The translations under genes were made by a program, and so were the position numbers. Below are positions 1 to 11,929 of a stretch of DNA of 64,000 nucleotides, one piece after another. The stretch is taken from the NCBI RefSeq assembly GCF_000143415.4, contig NW_003314272.1:1274184-1338183 (forward strand). The letters are read 5' to 3'. Position 1 is the first letter of the stretch, and every line of letters starts with the position of its first letter. Below the pieces are notes generated by a model, which worked only from the letters and a program-made list of their open reading frames with translations, had not been told where the DNA came from and did no database searches. The stretch comes from Selaginella moellendorffii. Lineage: Eukaryota > Plantae > Lycopodiophyta.

Positions 1-1457
1 TCCGCCACCATCGAGTAGAAGCATCTCCAGCCAGCGGCGAGAGCTCCAACGCGACTACATGCCGCGAGAACGCACACGAAAGCGGCCTCGTCGGGCTTGC
101 GCCCGCCTCCAGCATCCATCTCCCGCAGCAGCTCCAAGCACGCCTCAAATTCGCCCTTGACGGCGTAGGCCCCGAGCAGGGAATTCACCGCCACTCCATC
201 CCTCTCGGGCATTCCTTCCAGCAGCTTCTCGGCGTGGCGGACGAGCCCCTTGCTCGTGTAGGCCGAGACCATGGCGTTCCACGAGACCGAGTTCCTGACG
301 GGCATGGCGTGGAAGACAGCTCTCGCCTTCCCCGCGAGCTTGTTTTGAGCGTAGGCCGCGAGCGTCACGGTCCACGACACTACGTCCTTGCCTGGGATCC
401 GAGAGAAGAGAGTTTCCATCTCTTGGACGTGGCCGGTTTGAGCGTAGGCCGTGAGCAGCGACGTCCAGCTCCCGGTGTTGCGCTCGGGCATTTGATCATA
501 CAGGCTCGTGGCCTCCTCGAGCCGGCAATGCCCCTTTTGGGCATACGAATCCAGCATCGTGTTCCAGGAGATGATGTCTCGTTCAGGCATCCCATCGAAA
601 AAGAGCTTTGCGTCGTCGATCTTCCCGGACAGGGTGTAAGCAGCCAGCATTGAGTTCCAGGACACCAAGTTTGGTTGCGGCACTAGATCAAACAGCCTCT
701 TTGCTTGATCCAATTGCCCATCTCGGGCAAATGCTGCTAGCATCACGTTCCAGGAGACTGAATCCAGCTCCGGCATCGATGTGAAGACATTTTTTGCCGA
801 TTCGATGTCTCCACTTTGTGAAAATGCCGATAAGATTGCGGTCCATGAGACCAAGCTCCACTCCGCCATGCAATCAAAGACTCGTTTGGTTTGCAAAATA
901 TGCCCGGTTTGGGCATATCCGGATAGAAGAGCGTTCCAAGTCACAAGGTTCCTTTCTTCCATGCTGGAAAACACTCGGGTAGCCGAATCGAAGTCATTGC
1001 TGTTGATGTAGCTCGTCAAGAGGGCTGTCCACGAGATCACGTTCCACTCTGGGATCTCGTCAAACAGGAGCTTTGCTTGGAGGACATACCCCGAGTGAGC
1101 ATACGCTCCCAAGAGAGAGTTCCAAACAACCAAGTCCCACGCGGGCATTCGATCGAACAGAGCCTTTGCTTCACGAATTTCGCCGCTGTGAGTGTAGGCG
1201 GAGAGGAGAAGAGACCACGAGTAGGAATTTCTCTTGTGGTCGAGGATGCCATCGAAGACCGCTCTTGCGGTGCTGGAACTCTTAAACTTGCCGTAGACAA
1301 GGATGAGAACGTTGGAGAGGTAGGTCCTGGCGCGCAGGAGCTCTGGATCGATCCGAGCATGGATGCTCTTCACCTGCGCGAGCGTGGTGCACGATCGGAT
1401 TAGACCATCCAAGGCTTCTACTTCGACAGCACTGGAAGATCGAGAATGATCGAGCAT
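1..1457 (-). CDS. PLS/SS-class pentatricopeptide repeat protein (3' end runs off the window start)
   Basis: Not in the ORF track because no stop occurs in the window. Manual translation from ATG 1457 gives MLDHSRSSSAVEVEALDGLIRSCTT...FDRMPAWDLVVWNSLLGAYAHSG...KPDEAAFVCVLAACSRVG...CFYSMVA: ~31-aa repeats, intronless. Confidence 0.9.
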   Translation of the reverse strand, partial: MLDHSRSSSAVEVEALDGLIRSCTTLAQVKSIHARIDPELLRARTYLSNVLILVYGKFKSSSTARAVFDGILDHKRNSYSWSLLLSAYTHSGEIREAKALFDRMPAWDLVVWNSLLGAYAHSGYVLQAKLLFDEIPEWNVISWTALLTSYINSNDFDSATRVFSSMEERNLVTWNALLSGYAQTGHILQTKRVFDCMAEWSLVSWTAILSAFSQSGDIESAKNVFTSMPELDSVSWNVMLAAFARDGQLDQAKRLFDLVPQPNLVSWNSMLAAYTLSGKIDDAKLFFDGMPERDIISWNTMLDSYAQKGHCRLEEATSLYDQMPERNTGSWTSLLTAYAQTGHVQEMETLFSRIPGKDVVSWTVTLAAYAQNKLAGKARAVFHAMPVRNSVSWNAMVSAYTSKGLVRHAEKLLEGMPERDGVAVNSLLGAYAVKGEFEACLELLREMDAGGGRKPDEAAFVCVLAACSRVGALAAGWRCFYSMVA

Positions 1458-1469
1458 TCTTTTGATCGA

Positions 1470-3794
1470 TCATGGGTGTTCTTCCGAAAGAACCGGTCGA
1501 CCACCTTCCTCACGCAAAAGATTGACGAGACCAACGTACGAGAAGGACGAGGTCTCGGCTGCCGCCATGGCCTTCTCTCCCAAGTCAAGATTCCTGTGAG
1601 TCATGCAAGCTCCAAGGATCGTCCCCCACGCGATCCCATGCGGCGAAAACGGCATCGTCTGGATGAGCTCCTCGGCCTTGGCGAGCTCCCCAGCTCGGGC
1701 CAGGAGATCGATCATGCAGCAGTAGTGCTCGATCCTGGGAGCCAGCTCGTAGTCGGAGGAGATGGATCTAAAGCAGCCGAGGCCCTGCTCGAGCAGCCCG
1801 GCGCGACTGTACGCTGCGAGCACGCTGGTGAGGAGGGATTCATCTGCTCTCACACCGTCACCTTGCAAAGCTCGAAAGAGCGCGATCGTTTCGGTGATAT
1901 ACCCGTTCTGGGCGTACGCTCCCAGGAGCAAGTTCCACGACACCAGATCCTTCCGAGGCATGAGCTCGAAGGTGATGCTCGCCTTCTCCATCAATCCGGC
2001 CTGGACGTAAGCCACCGCTAGCGCGTTCCACGACACCGAGTCCCACTGTGGCATCCGCTGGAACGCGAGCTCGGCCTGCCGGATCTTCTCGCTGCCGCTG
2101 TGAGCAAATGCCGCGAGGAGGCAGTTCCACGAGATTCTGTTCCTCACGGGCATCTCACAAAAGAGCCCGCTCGCTCGCTCGAGCTGGTCGTTTTGCGCGT
2201 AGCCCGCCACCATCGCGTTCCAAGTCACCACATTCCTCTCTCGCTCGTTCATGCCGTCGAAGAGCTCCTTGGCCTCGATGACATGCCCGTTTTGGGCATA
2301 CGCTGCGATCATCGCGTTGCGAGAGACGACGTTTGGCCTCGGGGTGGCATCGAAGAGTCTCTTTGCTCGATCGAGCTCGCCGTTCTGGGCCAGGCCGACC
2401 ATCAAAACGTTCCACGATATGACGGTCCACTTTGGAATCCGGTCGAAGACGAGCTGAGCCTCTTGAATCTTGCCGGACTGGACGTAAGCCACCATGATCG
2501 AGTTCCACGTTATCTCGTTGCAACACGGCATTGTAGCGAACAAGATCTCGGCCTCTCGGAGATGAATCTCGCTGGCCCCGGCGCCTTGGCAGTAAGTCGT
2601 GATCAACGTGTTCCAGGAGATGATGCTGTGTTGCGGCATGAGCTCGAAGATGGCTCTCGCCTCCTCCACGCTCGCGTTTTGGCTGTAGGCGGAGAGAAGC
2701 GCCGTCCAAGACACGACGGTCCTCTCTCGGATGCTCTCAAATGTGACTTTTGCTCGATCCAGATGCCCGTTCTCGCCATAAGCCGCCACCATTGTGTTCC
2801 ACGCCACCACATTCTTCTCGGGCATGGACTCGAAGACGTGTGTCGCCTCGTCGATGTTGCCGCTGTTCGAGAAGGCCTGAAACATGGCCGTGAGCGTCAC
2901 GACGCTGCGGCACGGGATTTTCTCGAACAAGAGCTTGATCTTGTGGAGATGCCCGTTTTGGGCATACGCCGTGAGCAGAGCGTTCCATCCGACCACGTCC
3001 TTCTGAGGCATGCTATGGAAAGTCCCCTCGGCTTCGGCAACACACTCGCTCTCTCCAAATGCATCGATAATGGTCGTCCAAGACACGCTGTTTCTCTCCG
3101 GCATCCGATCAAACAACGCTGTTGCCTCGTCCAGATCTCCAGACTCGGCAAATACCAGCACAAGCGTGCTCCACGATACGATGTTTCTCTCGGGCATGGA
3201 ATCAAACGTTTTCTTCGCCACCTGCGTGGTCCTGCACTGCGCAAGAACGTAAAGAACCGCGTTCCACGACACGAGTGTCCGCTCGGGCATCAGATCAAAG
3301 AGTTTCTTCGCAGTGGCAAAATGCCCGGCTTGGGAATGTGCTGAGATAAGGCTGTTCCATGGAATCACGCTTCTGTGAGGCATTCTATAGAAGATCTTCT
3401 TAGCCTTCTCAACATCACCCGCCTTAGACGACATGGACAGCATAATCGTCCAGCCGACGGCATCACGCACCGGCATCGTCTCAAAGAATCTCTCGGCGTC
3501 GGCATGGTACCCGTTCTGGGCATAGGCATTAAACATGATGTTGTACGAGATCGAGGTGGGCTCTCTAATCCCATCAAACACTCTGCGAGCGCATTGGACG
3601 CTTCCGTGCCTGCCATAGCCAAGAACGAGGCGCTCTGCCAGTACTTTGTCCGCCGAAAGATCAAACTCCTGCCTAATCCTGTCATGAATGCGCCTGACTT
3701 CGATCGCGCTCCTAGTGGACGATAGCTGGTCGATGAATCCCTGGTTTCTACTGGCAGTGGCGGAGTGGGGGAGCGACGAGACAAATCTCCTCAT
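1470..3794 (-). CDS. PLS/SS-class PPR protein with C-terminal E-type extension, 774 aa (candidate organellar RNA-editing factor)
   Basis: Intronless ORF with many 'F..MP.RN.VSW..ll.AYAQNG' repeats, ending HYCCMIDLLARAG...MPFSP...WGTILGAC. No DYW domain seen. Confidence 0.95.
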   Translation of the reverse strand: MRRFVSSLPHSATASRNQGFIDQLSSTRSAIEVRRIHDRIRQEFDLSADKVLAERLVLGYGRHGSVQCARRVFDGIREPTSISYNIMFNAYAQNGYHADAERFFETMPVRDAVGWTIMLSMSSKAGDVEKAKKIFYRMPHRSVIPWNSLISAHSQAGHFATAKKLFDLMPERTLVSWNAVLYVLAQCRTTQVAKKTFDSMPERNIVSWSTLVLVFAESGDLDEATALFDRMPERNSVSWTTIIDAFGESECVAEAEGTFHSMPQKDVVGWNALLTAYAQNGHLHKIKLLFEKIPCRSVVTLTAMFQAFSNSGNIDEATHVFESMPEKNVVAWNTMVAAYGENGHLDRAKVTFESIRERTVVSWTALLSAYSQNASVEEARAIFELMPQHSIISWNTLITTYCQGAGASEIHLREAEILFATMPCCNEITWNSIMVAYVQSGKIQEAQLVFDRIPKWTVISWNVLMVGLAQNGELDRAKRLFDATPRPNVVSRNAMIAAYAQNGHVIEAKELFDGMNERERNVVTWNAMVAGYAQNDQLERASGLFCEMPVRNRISWNCLLAAFAHSGSEKIRQAELAFQRMPQWDSVSWNALAVAYVQAGLMEKASITFELMPRKDLVSWNLLLGAYAQNGYITETIALFRALQGDGVRADESLLTSVLAAYSRAGLLEQGLGCFRSISSDYELAPRIEHYCCMIDLLARAGELAKAEELIQTMPFSPHGIAWGTILGACMTHRNLDLGEKAMAAAETSSFSYVGLVNLLREEGGRPVLSEEHP

Positions 3795-4234
3795 TCACAA
3801 CCTGGCCGCCCCTCCATTCTCCCTTCCCAGATCACGTCGATGGCGATCGCAGCTCCACCTTTCCACAAGATTCTGCGATTCAGCTAGCCCAAGATCGGGA
3901 CCACCACACCACAAAGACAAAGATCTCGACAATCTCTTAGTGTGAGTCGTTCAGGTACAAATCAATCCCACCAGCTGCAGTTATTACCCTAATCTTCTGT
4001 GGGTTCTAGTACTACAGTATGGAAGTTGGTGCTTTTGTTGGATTTTCATTTCCGGTTCTAAATTGCCTCCTATAGGACCGCTGTTATGGGCGAAGCAATT
4101 AGGCAGACCTTCCGCTTTATGACATCGTGTGCTGTCCCTGACGAGCATGAAGGTGATGCCGGGACACCCAAGTGGTGTTTATAAGGCGAGGCTCTTCAGT
4201 GAGAATTCCAGAGGCGTAGGATCTTCCCAGAAAG

Positions 4235-5007
4235 ATGAAGATCGTGTTGCTAGCATTGGTCTTGTCTTGCATTGCGATCTCGGGTCTTGCGGAAGAAAAG
4301 AAGCGCAATGCTGGTTAGTGCCATGCCCTTCAATCTCTTTCGATCGGTATATCATATCATGTTGTAGTAACTCTTTTATGATCTTGCTCGCAGACACTGC
4401 AACGCCAGGTAGACTTATGCGAGAAACTGCTTGCAAATATTATATGATTGACTGTTCTTGGCTTTTGATTCCTTCCGTTCTCTTGTGCAGTTGCTCGCAA
4501 ATTGCTAACTGACGGCGGTATGATCCTAAGTATAGTTTGTAGATTTCTCTAACTCTGTTGTATGCTGGCAATGCAGGATATTACAGTGACTCCCCAAAAT
4601 CAGGCAGGAGTTTCTACATCTTTGCTGCTACTGACTCTAATCCATGATTTCATTTGTGCAGCTGAGGCGCCCAAGCCGAAACCAATGCCAAAACCAGATG
4701 CGAATCCAAAGCCAAAACCGAAGCCCAAGCCCAAGCCAAATCCACAAGATCAACCAGAACCAAAGCCAGGTCCCGAGAGATTTATTGGAAGTTTGTCACT
4801 GATAGTCTTTTTCTTCTTCTTCTATGATCAGGTTGCGACGAATCATCTCCAAAGGAGCCCGAGCCGTATATGCCAATGCCGGATATGCCCATGCCGGATA
4901 TGCCAATGCCGGCAATGCCCATGCCCATGCCCATGCCCATGCCCGATCCCTTTACCTCGTATAGTACGCCCGGTACTTCAGACGACCCTACGCCGTCTTC
5001 CCCTTGA
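4235..5007 (+). CDS. Secreted proline-rich protein encoded by micro-exons (paralog 1)
   Basis: Signal peptide MKIVLLALVLSCIAISGLA, followed by phase-1 micro-exons DTATP / VARKLLTDG / GYYSDSPKS, a (PK)n exon, and a last exon with (MP)n ending DDPTPSSP* (TGA 5005-5007). Confidence 0.7.
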
Positions 5008-5092
5008 AAATTATACGAGTTTAATGTAATACCTTTATTTGAATAAGAAAAAGTGTTGCGAATTGTTTCTAGGGTTTAGGGATTTTCGAGAA

Positions 5093-6559
5093 ATGGCATC
5101 GCATGACGAGGAGATTTGCGCGGCGCTCACTCGCCTGGCGATGGCGGGCGACGGCATCGTCCTCGGCCTAGGTATGGCAGCGCTGGCGCTCCGGACCTGG
5201 CTCAAGTTTGGCTCCCACACCCGGGCGCTCAAGCAGGTGGAAGGCACGGCGCAGGTAGAAATTCACGATCTCCGGAGCTTGGTCGAGAGCGGTGAGAAAG
5301 AACCATCGTCGGACTCTTCCCCGCCGCTGGTAATCGTGAGAGGCCGAGTGGCTTTGCCGCCAAAGACGAGCAGCGAGGAGGTCCTGCTTGCGAGGAATCA
5401 AACAGATTTGGCAGTCTTTGTGGAGAGAACGCAGACTGTGAGCATCTCGATTTCTTTCTTCTACTTAGAAAGAGAGTTTACTGATCTTGTGAGCATTGGC
5501 AGTATCTGTTCAACGAGTGGAGAGGACTCTTTCGGTGGGGACCCGAATGGCGAGGGCTTTTAGGCTGGGGATCTCTCAAGGAGCAAGTCGCCTTCTCCAG
5601 GAGGAAGGTTAGTCGCCAACTTTTGTTGATGGTCTCTCAGTTCTTGTGTTTTCTTGCGACTTTTAGATCCCGTTTGTTCTACTCGACAGTGATCCTCAAT
5701 ACGATGGTGCTTGTGTTCACATCAACATGGAAAATGTGGAGCATCCTTTGCCGCTTGTGACGGTGTTTCACCAGCTGCATCCAGTTCAAACATCGTCCTC
5801 CACTTTTCTTCAAGCAGTCTTCGGTCGACGGTACCCAGTACGCACAAAGATCGTTTTCCCTTGGACCACGAAACGATTTGATTCTTGTTTCTTTTGTCAG
5901 GTTGGTGTCATCGACGAGGAAAAAATCCTTCCACTCAACCGAGAGATAACCGCTGTAGGATTCCTGAGCAAACATCCCCAAGGCCTCCCGGCTATTAAGT
6001 CTTCCAACCAGATGCCTTTCTTCTTGTAAGTACGCCTCAATCGTTTTTGACACTAATGCTTTTCTCCTGAGCCAGGACGGAGTTTAGCAGGGAAGAACTG
6101 ATCGTGGAACTAGCCAGCGCCACTCATGCTCTTTTCTGGACTGGGATCGTGATCAGCTCTCTGGCACTGGGAGTTATCGGCTATTCTGCCTTCAAGTAAG
6201 CTCTCCTCTTCTGTCTCTTCCATTCCAGCGAAGCTAACGCTCGGTCACTCCACAGGAACTGGTGTAAATGGAAAGAGTGGAGAAGGTTGCGGCAAATCCA
6301 GGAGGAGCTGCGCCGCGAGGAGCAAGTGATGGAGGAGGACGAGGAGCCGGCGACGACGCAGGAGGGGTCCGAGGTCCCGGACGGGCAACTGTGCGTGGTG
6401 TGCTTGCTGCGGAGGAAGCGAGCGGCATTCATTACGTGCGGCCATCGCGTCTGCTGCATGGGATGCGCTCGCCGAATCCGCCACAGCCAGAACGCGGCCA
6501 ACGCGAGGTGCCCGGTGTGTAGGCAAAGCGTGAGCGGATATATCAGGGTATACGACTGA
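5093..6559 (+). CDS. SPL2: SP1-like (SPL2-type) GIDE/MUL1 + C3HC4 RING E3 ubiquitin ligase, multi-exon
   Basis: N-terminal TM (DGIVLGLGMAALAL), GIDE-domain segments (PLPLVTVFHQLHP, EEKILP), second TM, RING CVVCLLRRKRAAFITCGHRVCCMGC...CPVCR. Confidence 0.85.
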
Positions 6560-6671
6560 TTTCTCGGCCGATTCTTCCGAGTTCCAACAAGATGGGAGGT
6601 GGCGAGTCAAGTGGTAAAGTTGGCGACAATGTGTAAATAGAGAGGATTTAAGAAGGGAAAGTTTCAACGTT

Positions 6672-6676
6672 GCGGG

Positions 6677-6719
<43 letters not shown>

Positions 6720-6744
6720 GCGTGTTCGATCCACGCTCACCGCA
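6672..6744 (+). tRNA. tRNA-Phe(GAA)
   Basis: GCGGGGATAGCTCAGTTGGGAGAGCGTCAGACTGAAGATCTGAAGGTCGCGTGTTCGATCCACGCTCACCGCA, the canonical plant cytosolic tRNA-Phe, followed by an oligo-T Pol III terminator at ~6757. Confidence 0.98.
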
Positions 6745-7044
6745 CGACCTGTTCTCTTTTTTTACGACCTTTTCTTCCTTTCCATTTTTTTTTTTACTGG
6801 ATTTGATGGTCAAAGTTGAAACGAGTAGACAAATAGTAAAACCCAGCGATTTCGCGGGCGCAACAAACAAACTGGAAGAAGAGTGTGTGCGTGTCACCGT
6901 CGATGATCGCGATATCAAGGGTCCAGATGCGCGCATGGGTGTTTCCACTGATCATCCATTGATCCCGTTCTCGTGGCCGCCGGAGAGAAGGAAGAGTGAT
7001 TTTACTCTGAAATTTCAGGGGATTGGAGAATTTGGAGGAGGCGA

Positions 7045-9114
7045 ATGGATTTGATCCTCCTGCTACTAGCGCTGCTGCTGGGGATCTTTGGAAGCCATCG
7101 CGCGAGCAGCCAGAGCCTCAACGCAACGGGACTGGAAAAGTTTGTGGACGAGCTCCCGCAAATCCCCGTCCTGTGCGCGTTCCAAGAGGAGCAATCCGGC
7201 GCGATGATCAAGCCCGCGAATCTCACAATCGGGATGTTTCCAACGAGATGGGTGAGACCATACATTCGATCTTTCGATCGATCTCATCCATGCTGTGCTG
7301 TGCTGTGAATTCGATGCTTCCAGAAATTCCACCGCGATCTCCCTGCCACGCCAGTGTTTGCATACGGCCGGAGCCACAAGGAGGCGACCATTCCAGGGCC
7401 AACGATCGAGGCCCGGAATGGCATCCCCGTGGAGATTACGTGGGAGAATCACCTCCCCAAGAAGCACATCCTGCCGTTGGATCTCACCATCGCCACGGCC
7501 ATTCCGCGCCACGGCGGAATCCCCACCGTCGTCCACCTCCATGGCGGGATGAACGATCCCGCCAGCGATGGCCACTCGCTCGCCTGGTTCACGCCCGGAT
7601 TCAAGGATCGCGGCCCGGCATGGCGCGCGAAATCTTCCTTCTATCGCAATGCGCAGGGCGCCGCCAATCTCTGGTATCACGATCACGCCATGGGGCTTAC
7701 CAGGGCGAACATCCTCGCCGGGCTCTCGGGCGCGTACGTGATCCGCGACCCCGCGCTGGAGCGCCGGATGAATCTCCCCAGCGGCAAGGATTTCGATCGC
7801 GTCTTGATCATCGCGGACCGGGATTTCAACAAGGACGGATCGATTTACATGAATTCCAAGGGCAACAATCCCAAGATCCATCCGCAGTGGCAAGTAAGAG
7901 CGAAATCTCTGGATTTCTTGGTGTTCTTGGAAGAAGTTCTTGCGATCTTGATCGATGTGTTCTTGGTGTTCTAGCCAGAATATTTCGGCTCGGTGATCCT
8001 GGTGAATGGAAAGGCCTGGCCTTTCCTCCGCGTCGCCAAGCGCAAGTACCGGTTCCGGATCATCAACAGCAGCAATGCTCGATTCTACGAGCTCCGCCTC
8101 TCCGATCATAGCGCTGGATCCTCCAGCGACGACGATTCCGGCTCGCTGCTGACCTTCACGCAAATCGGCTCCGACGCATTCTATCTCCCCCGCCCGATCC
8201 GCGCCAGGCGACTCACGATCGCGCCCTCGGAAATCCAGGACGTGATCATCGATTTCACCCAGGCGCGACGGGACAAGGTCCTGCTCCGGAACACGGCGGC
8301 GTTCCCATTCCCTGGCGGCGACGCGGTCGATTCCAACAATGGCGTGGTGATGAAATTCCTCGTCGCGGCCAGATCGTCGCAGCAGCTGGATCCCAGCACA
8401 ATCCCGCGCTTCCTGGTTCCCATCCAGCGCCTGGCGATCGAGCAATCCTCCAGCGCCCGCCAGATCAACCTCTACGAATTCGTGAGCTCCTCCGACGAGC
8501 CGACGCACCTGTGGATCAACGCGCTGCCCTTCGACGCCCCCGCCACGGAGACGCCGCGATGCGGCAGCACCGAGCTGTGGAGCGTGATCAACCTCACCGA
8601 GGACAATCACCCGCTCCACCTCCACCTCGCCGCCTTCCAGGTGATCGACGAGGCGCGGCTTAGCAGCGCCGAGGATCTCCGCCGATGCCTCCTGGCCAAC
8701 GGGAACAGGATGAACGCCTCGTGCAACGCGGAGCGATTCATCGATCGATCCAGCCCGAGGAGGCGCCCGCCGCGCAACGAGGCCGGGTGGAAGAATGTGT
8801 ACAAGATGAAGCCCGGGTACCTCACCAGGTTCCTCGTGCGATTCGCGGGCATCGACGGGCGGCCATATCCTTTCGACGCATCCGCGGAGCCGGGCTACGC
8901 ATACCACTGTCACGTAAGTTCTTCCAAGAACCCTAGAAACGGGTTCTACCGTACTCAAGTACGGTAGAACACCGTACGTTCGTACTACATGCTGTCCGTA
9001 CGCACGTTCTCGTCCGTACTGACACTTCTTGTCGTTCTAAGCTTTTCTCTTCTGGCTTTGCAGATTTTGGACCACGAAGACAACGAGATGATGAGACCAT
9101 TGAAGCTGCGATAG
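7045..9114 (+). CDS. LPR1: Multicopper oxidase LPR1-like (CotA/bilirubin oxidase type), 4 exons
   Basis: Signal peptide; Cu motifs [26 protein letters not shown]|[12 protein letters not shown]; WQ|PEYFG. Confidence 0.92.
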
Positions 9115-9591
9115 TAGAGGCGCCAAATAGTTCTACCTTTCCAGATCCTTTTCGGCCCCTCCAAATCGTGGACACTGTTGACAACGAAGAACTTCCAGGC
9201 ATGCTTTTGTTTTCTTTTTCGCTCTCGCTTTCGCTGTTTCTTTGCGACGAAAGAGAAAGCTCAAGCACGCAGAGTTTGCCGCCTAAAGTTCTCGTGCTCA
9301 AGTGCTCCAACTGGCGAAAAATCTCGTCCCAGTGCTCGGCGGAATATCGAAACCACTAGCGCTCGCACTCACAACATGCATGAAGTCTAGATGCCAGACA
9401 TTATTATGTTTGCCAAAAGAGCGTCTTGTAAAAAGAGAAAACCAATAGACCGTTTTTCAAAATCTCCACAAGTATAAATCTAAGTACCTGAAAGCGTGGC
9501 CATGCCAAGAGAATGGAATCCCCAGAAATATCAAAAGAAATCATCGCAAACGAACTATCTGTACACTGTATGTGTGTGATCACGGGGCAGA

Positions 9592-11152
9592 TTATTTCTT
9601 CTTTTTCTTTCCTCCGCCACCACCACCACCGCTCTGCACAAACTTCCGGCCTTTCTCGATCGACTTCTTTAATTCATCCTTCATCGCTTCTAGTCCCTTT
9701 TGTTCGTAGTCTGAGAGGCTTCCTAGCTCTAAAATCTCGTCCACTCCCTCTTTCCCCAACCGAACCTATCAAGCCATTGCGCTATCAGGAACTTTACTCG
9801 TTTCACATAAAAGAAAAAACGTACCTTGGACGAGAAGAACGACAACCCGGGAACTACTGACGATTCCACGTACGTGCATTCTATCACGTTATTAACACCG
9901 TTCAATCCCTTTAAACAGGCCTCGGCAAAGAGAGCTCCAGCATATCTGGATAAAGTTGAAGAACGAGAGTGAGTTGTTAACAATGGAGTTCCTGACAAAA
10001 AAGAGAGCTTACGCCATGGATAACGTCGCAGAGCCTTTTCCTGCTTTCGCCTTGACAACCTCCGTGCCACCGTCTTGTGTCCGCTTGGTTAGAGCATCGA
10101 GCTCTTTTGTTGACAAGGAAACTTTGGGACTTGCCTGTCAGCCATGCAACTGAGTTCATTGAACGGGTTCACTATATAATTCGAAAGAATGATCTGTTGT
10201 AAACCAGAAAAATGCAAGAAAAAACAACCTGAGAGAAAAGCGGCAAGATAGTGGCGCCAGCGTGACCTCCAATGACAGGAAGATCAACCTCTTCGATTCA
10301 GAAAAAAAAAAAGGAAAAGAAAGAGATAACGATGTTAATTCCTTTAAAAGTGATCACAGGCACTTTCTTACCAGATGGATTGAGCTTCTTCGCTGACGCC
10401 AAGAACGTCCTTGCTCGCACGACATCAAGCGTAGTAACGCCAAACAATCTGTTGGGATCGTAAGTCCCAGATTTCTTAAACACCTCCGCTGCTATAGGCA
10501 CTGTCGAGTTCACGGGATTGCTGATAATATTCACCAGCGCCTGACGATAGTCCAAAGATTAGAGGATGAGAAGCAAGAAATGAAGGTACCTTGGGGCAGT
10601 TCTTCGCAACAGCGGTACACAACGTTTGGACAATACCAGCATTTACGTTGAAAAGATCATCCCGATCCATTCCCGGCTTGCGAGGAACTCCAGCTGGGAT
10701 AATGACGAGATCTGCATCCTTGAGGCATTTTCCAAGATTTTCCTCTCCTGCAAAGCCTGCCACCTAAAACCGGAAGTTAGAAGAGAAAGAGAAAAACGAA
10801 GGACAAAAATTCTGGCAATTTTTCTCTTTTACCTGCTTAAGTTTTGAGAAGGAAGAAATCCTGCCCAAGAACATCACAGCAACAGCTCAAACTCTACCTG
10901 TGCCCTGGAATTGACGTGACTGACATCCGCGGCGACGCCAGGAGTGCCCACAATGTCATACAAGCCCAAATCCGACACGAGAGGGCTGAGCTTCATGAGC
11001 AGCGATAGCGGCTGGCCGATCCCTCCATTGGCACCCAGAATCACTACCCTGCGCTTGGCGGAGGACGCAGACCTCGCGAACGCCCGGCGCAGCACGAGCT
11101 TGGAGGCCTCCATCGCTGTAGCCCTAAAAATCCCCGCTGCCCTAAAATTCAT
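9592..11152 (-). CDS. mMDH: Mitochondrial NAD-malate dehydrogenase, multi-exon (start may be 11113)
   Basis: Arg-rich presequence, [66 protein letters not shown]; ends [16 protein letters not shown]. Confidence 0.95.
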
Positions 11153-11686
11153 GTGATTTTAAGCGCCATAGAGAAATGCCACGCTGGCATCAATGTCTTG
11201 GCGCGTAAGATTCGAACCCACATAGCATAAAGAAGCCCTAACATGGTTTTCGCCGCCAAGGGGTGACCTAATCTTGGAGCCACAACAATATCCAGCGGTT
11301 GGGCGAATCGGAGGGGAATTGGTGTGGCACGTGGCGCGCTCCCGTTGGGTAGCGCTCTCTATGCCATTGTGCCTTGTCTAGAAAACCCTTACTCTGATTT
11401 CGCCGCGCACAGGAGCAGAGGAGCGCCGCGAGAGAGAGAGAGAGGCTCTCGATTCTCCATCGCCTTGGATCGCAGCGATTGTGGCAGCGGTCGGCGGCGC
11501 CACGCGGGTGAGTGAACGCTTGCTCGAGCGAATGATTGATTGACTGATTGATATTGGATTGAGCTAAAGCGGCTGATTCGTGTTTTCTAGGGTTCGTGGG
11601 AGCGAAATTCACTGCCCGTGCTGCGATTCGAAGGCGCTGCGAGGCTCCTGCGCGTTGCGACAAGGGTGGCTGCAGTAGTTTCTTTT

Positions 11687-11881
11687 ATGTCTGAAGGCGT
11701 CGCCATATACTTGGGTTTGGTTGGGTTGCTTGGGCAGTACTGCCCTACAACGAGGAACAGACATAAGCCGCAAGAGCTCGCCTCTCTGCCCGCCATCGCC
11801 ACCGCCACCTTGGTGCTGCATGCGGCAACTCTCGGCCCCCAGGAAGAGCTCCTCCAGGACCCCGGCATCATCCTGAGCTGA
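11687..11881 (+). promoter_or_regulatory. Upstream ORF (64 aa) in the eIF5 5' leader, AUG in poor context
   Basis: tcttttATGt (-3 T, +4 T) starts MSEGVAIY...LLQDPGIILS*, which ends 48 nt before the eIF5 AUG (accaacATGg, strong context). A 5'UTR intron lies at ~11508-11590. Confidence 0.8.
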
Positions 11882-11929
11882 TCCTCGCCTCCAGCGCGTC
11901 CTCTTTTTTCTTCCTTCGGAAACACCAAC

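Noticed and set aside
7066-8958. 630-aa minus-strand ORF (also 11609-13165, 2100-3344, 28642-29721)
   Set aside because: Antisense shadows of GC3-rich real genes (LPR1, eIF5, PPRs); no domain features.
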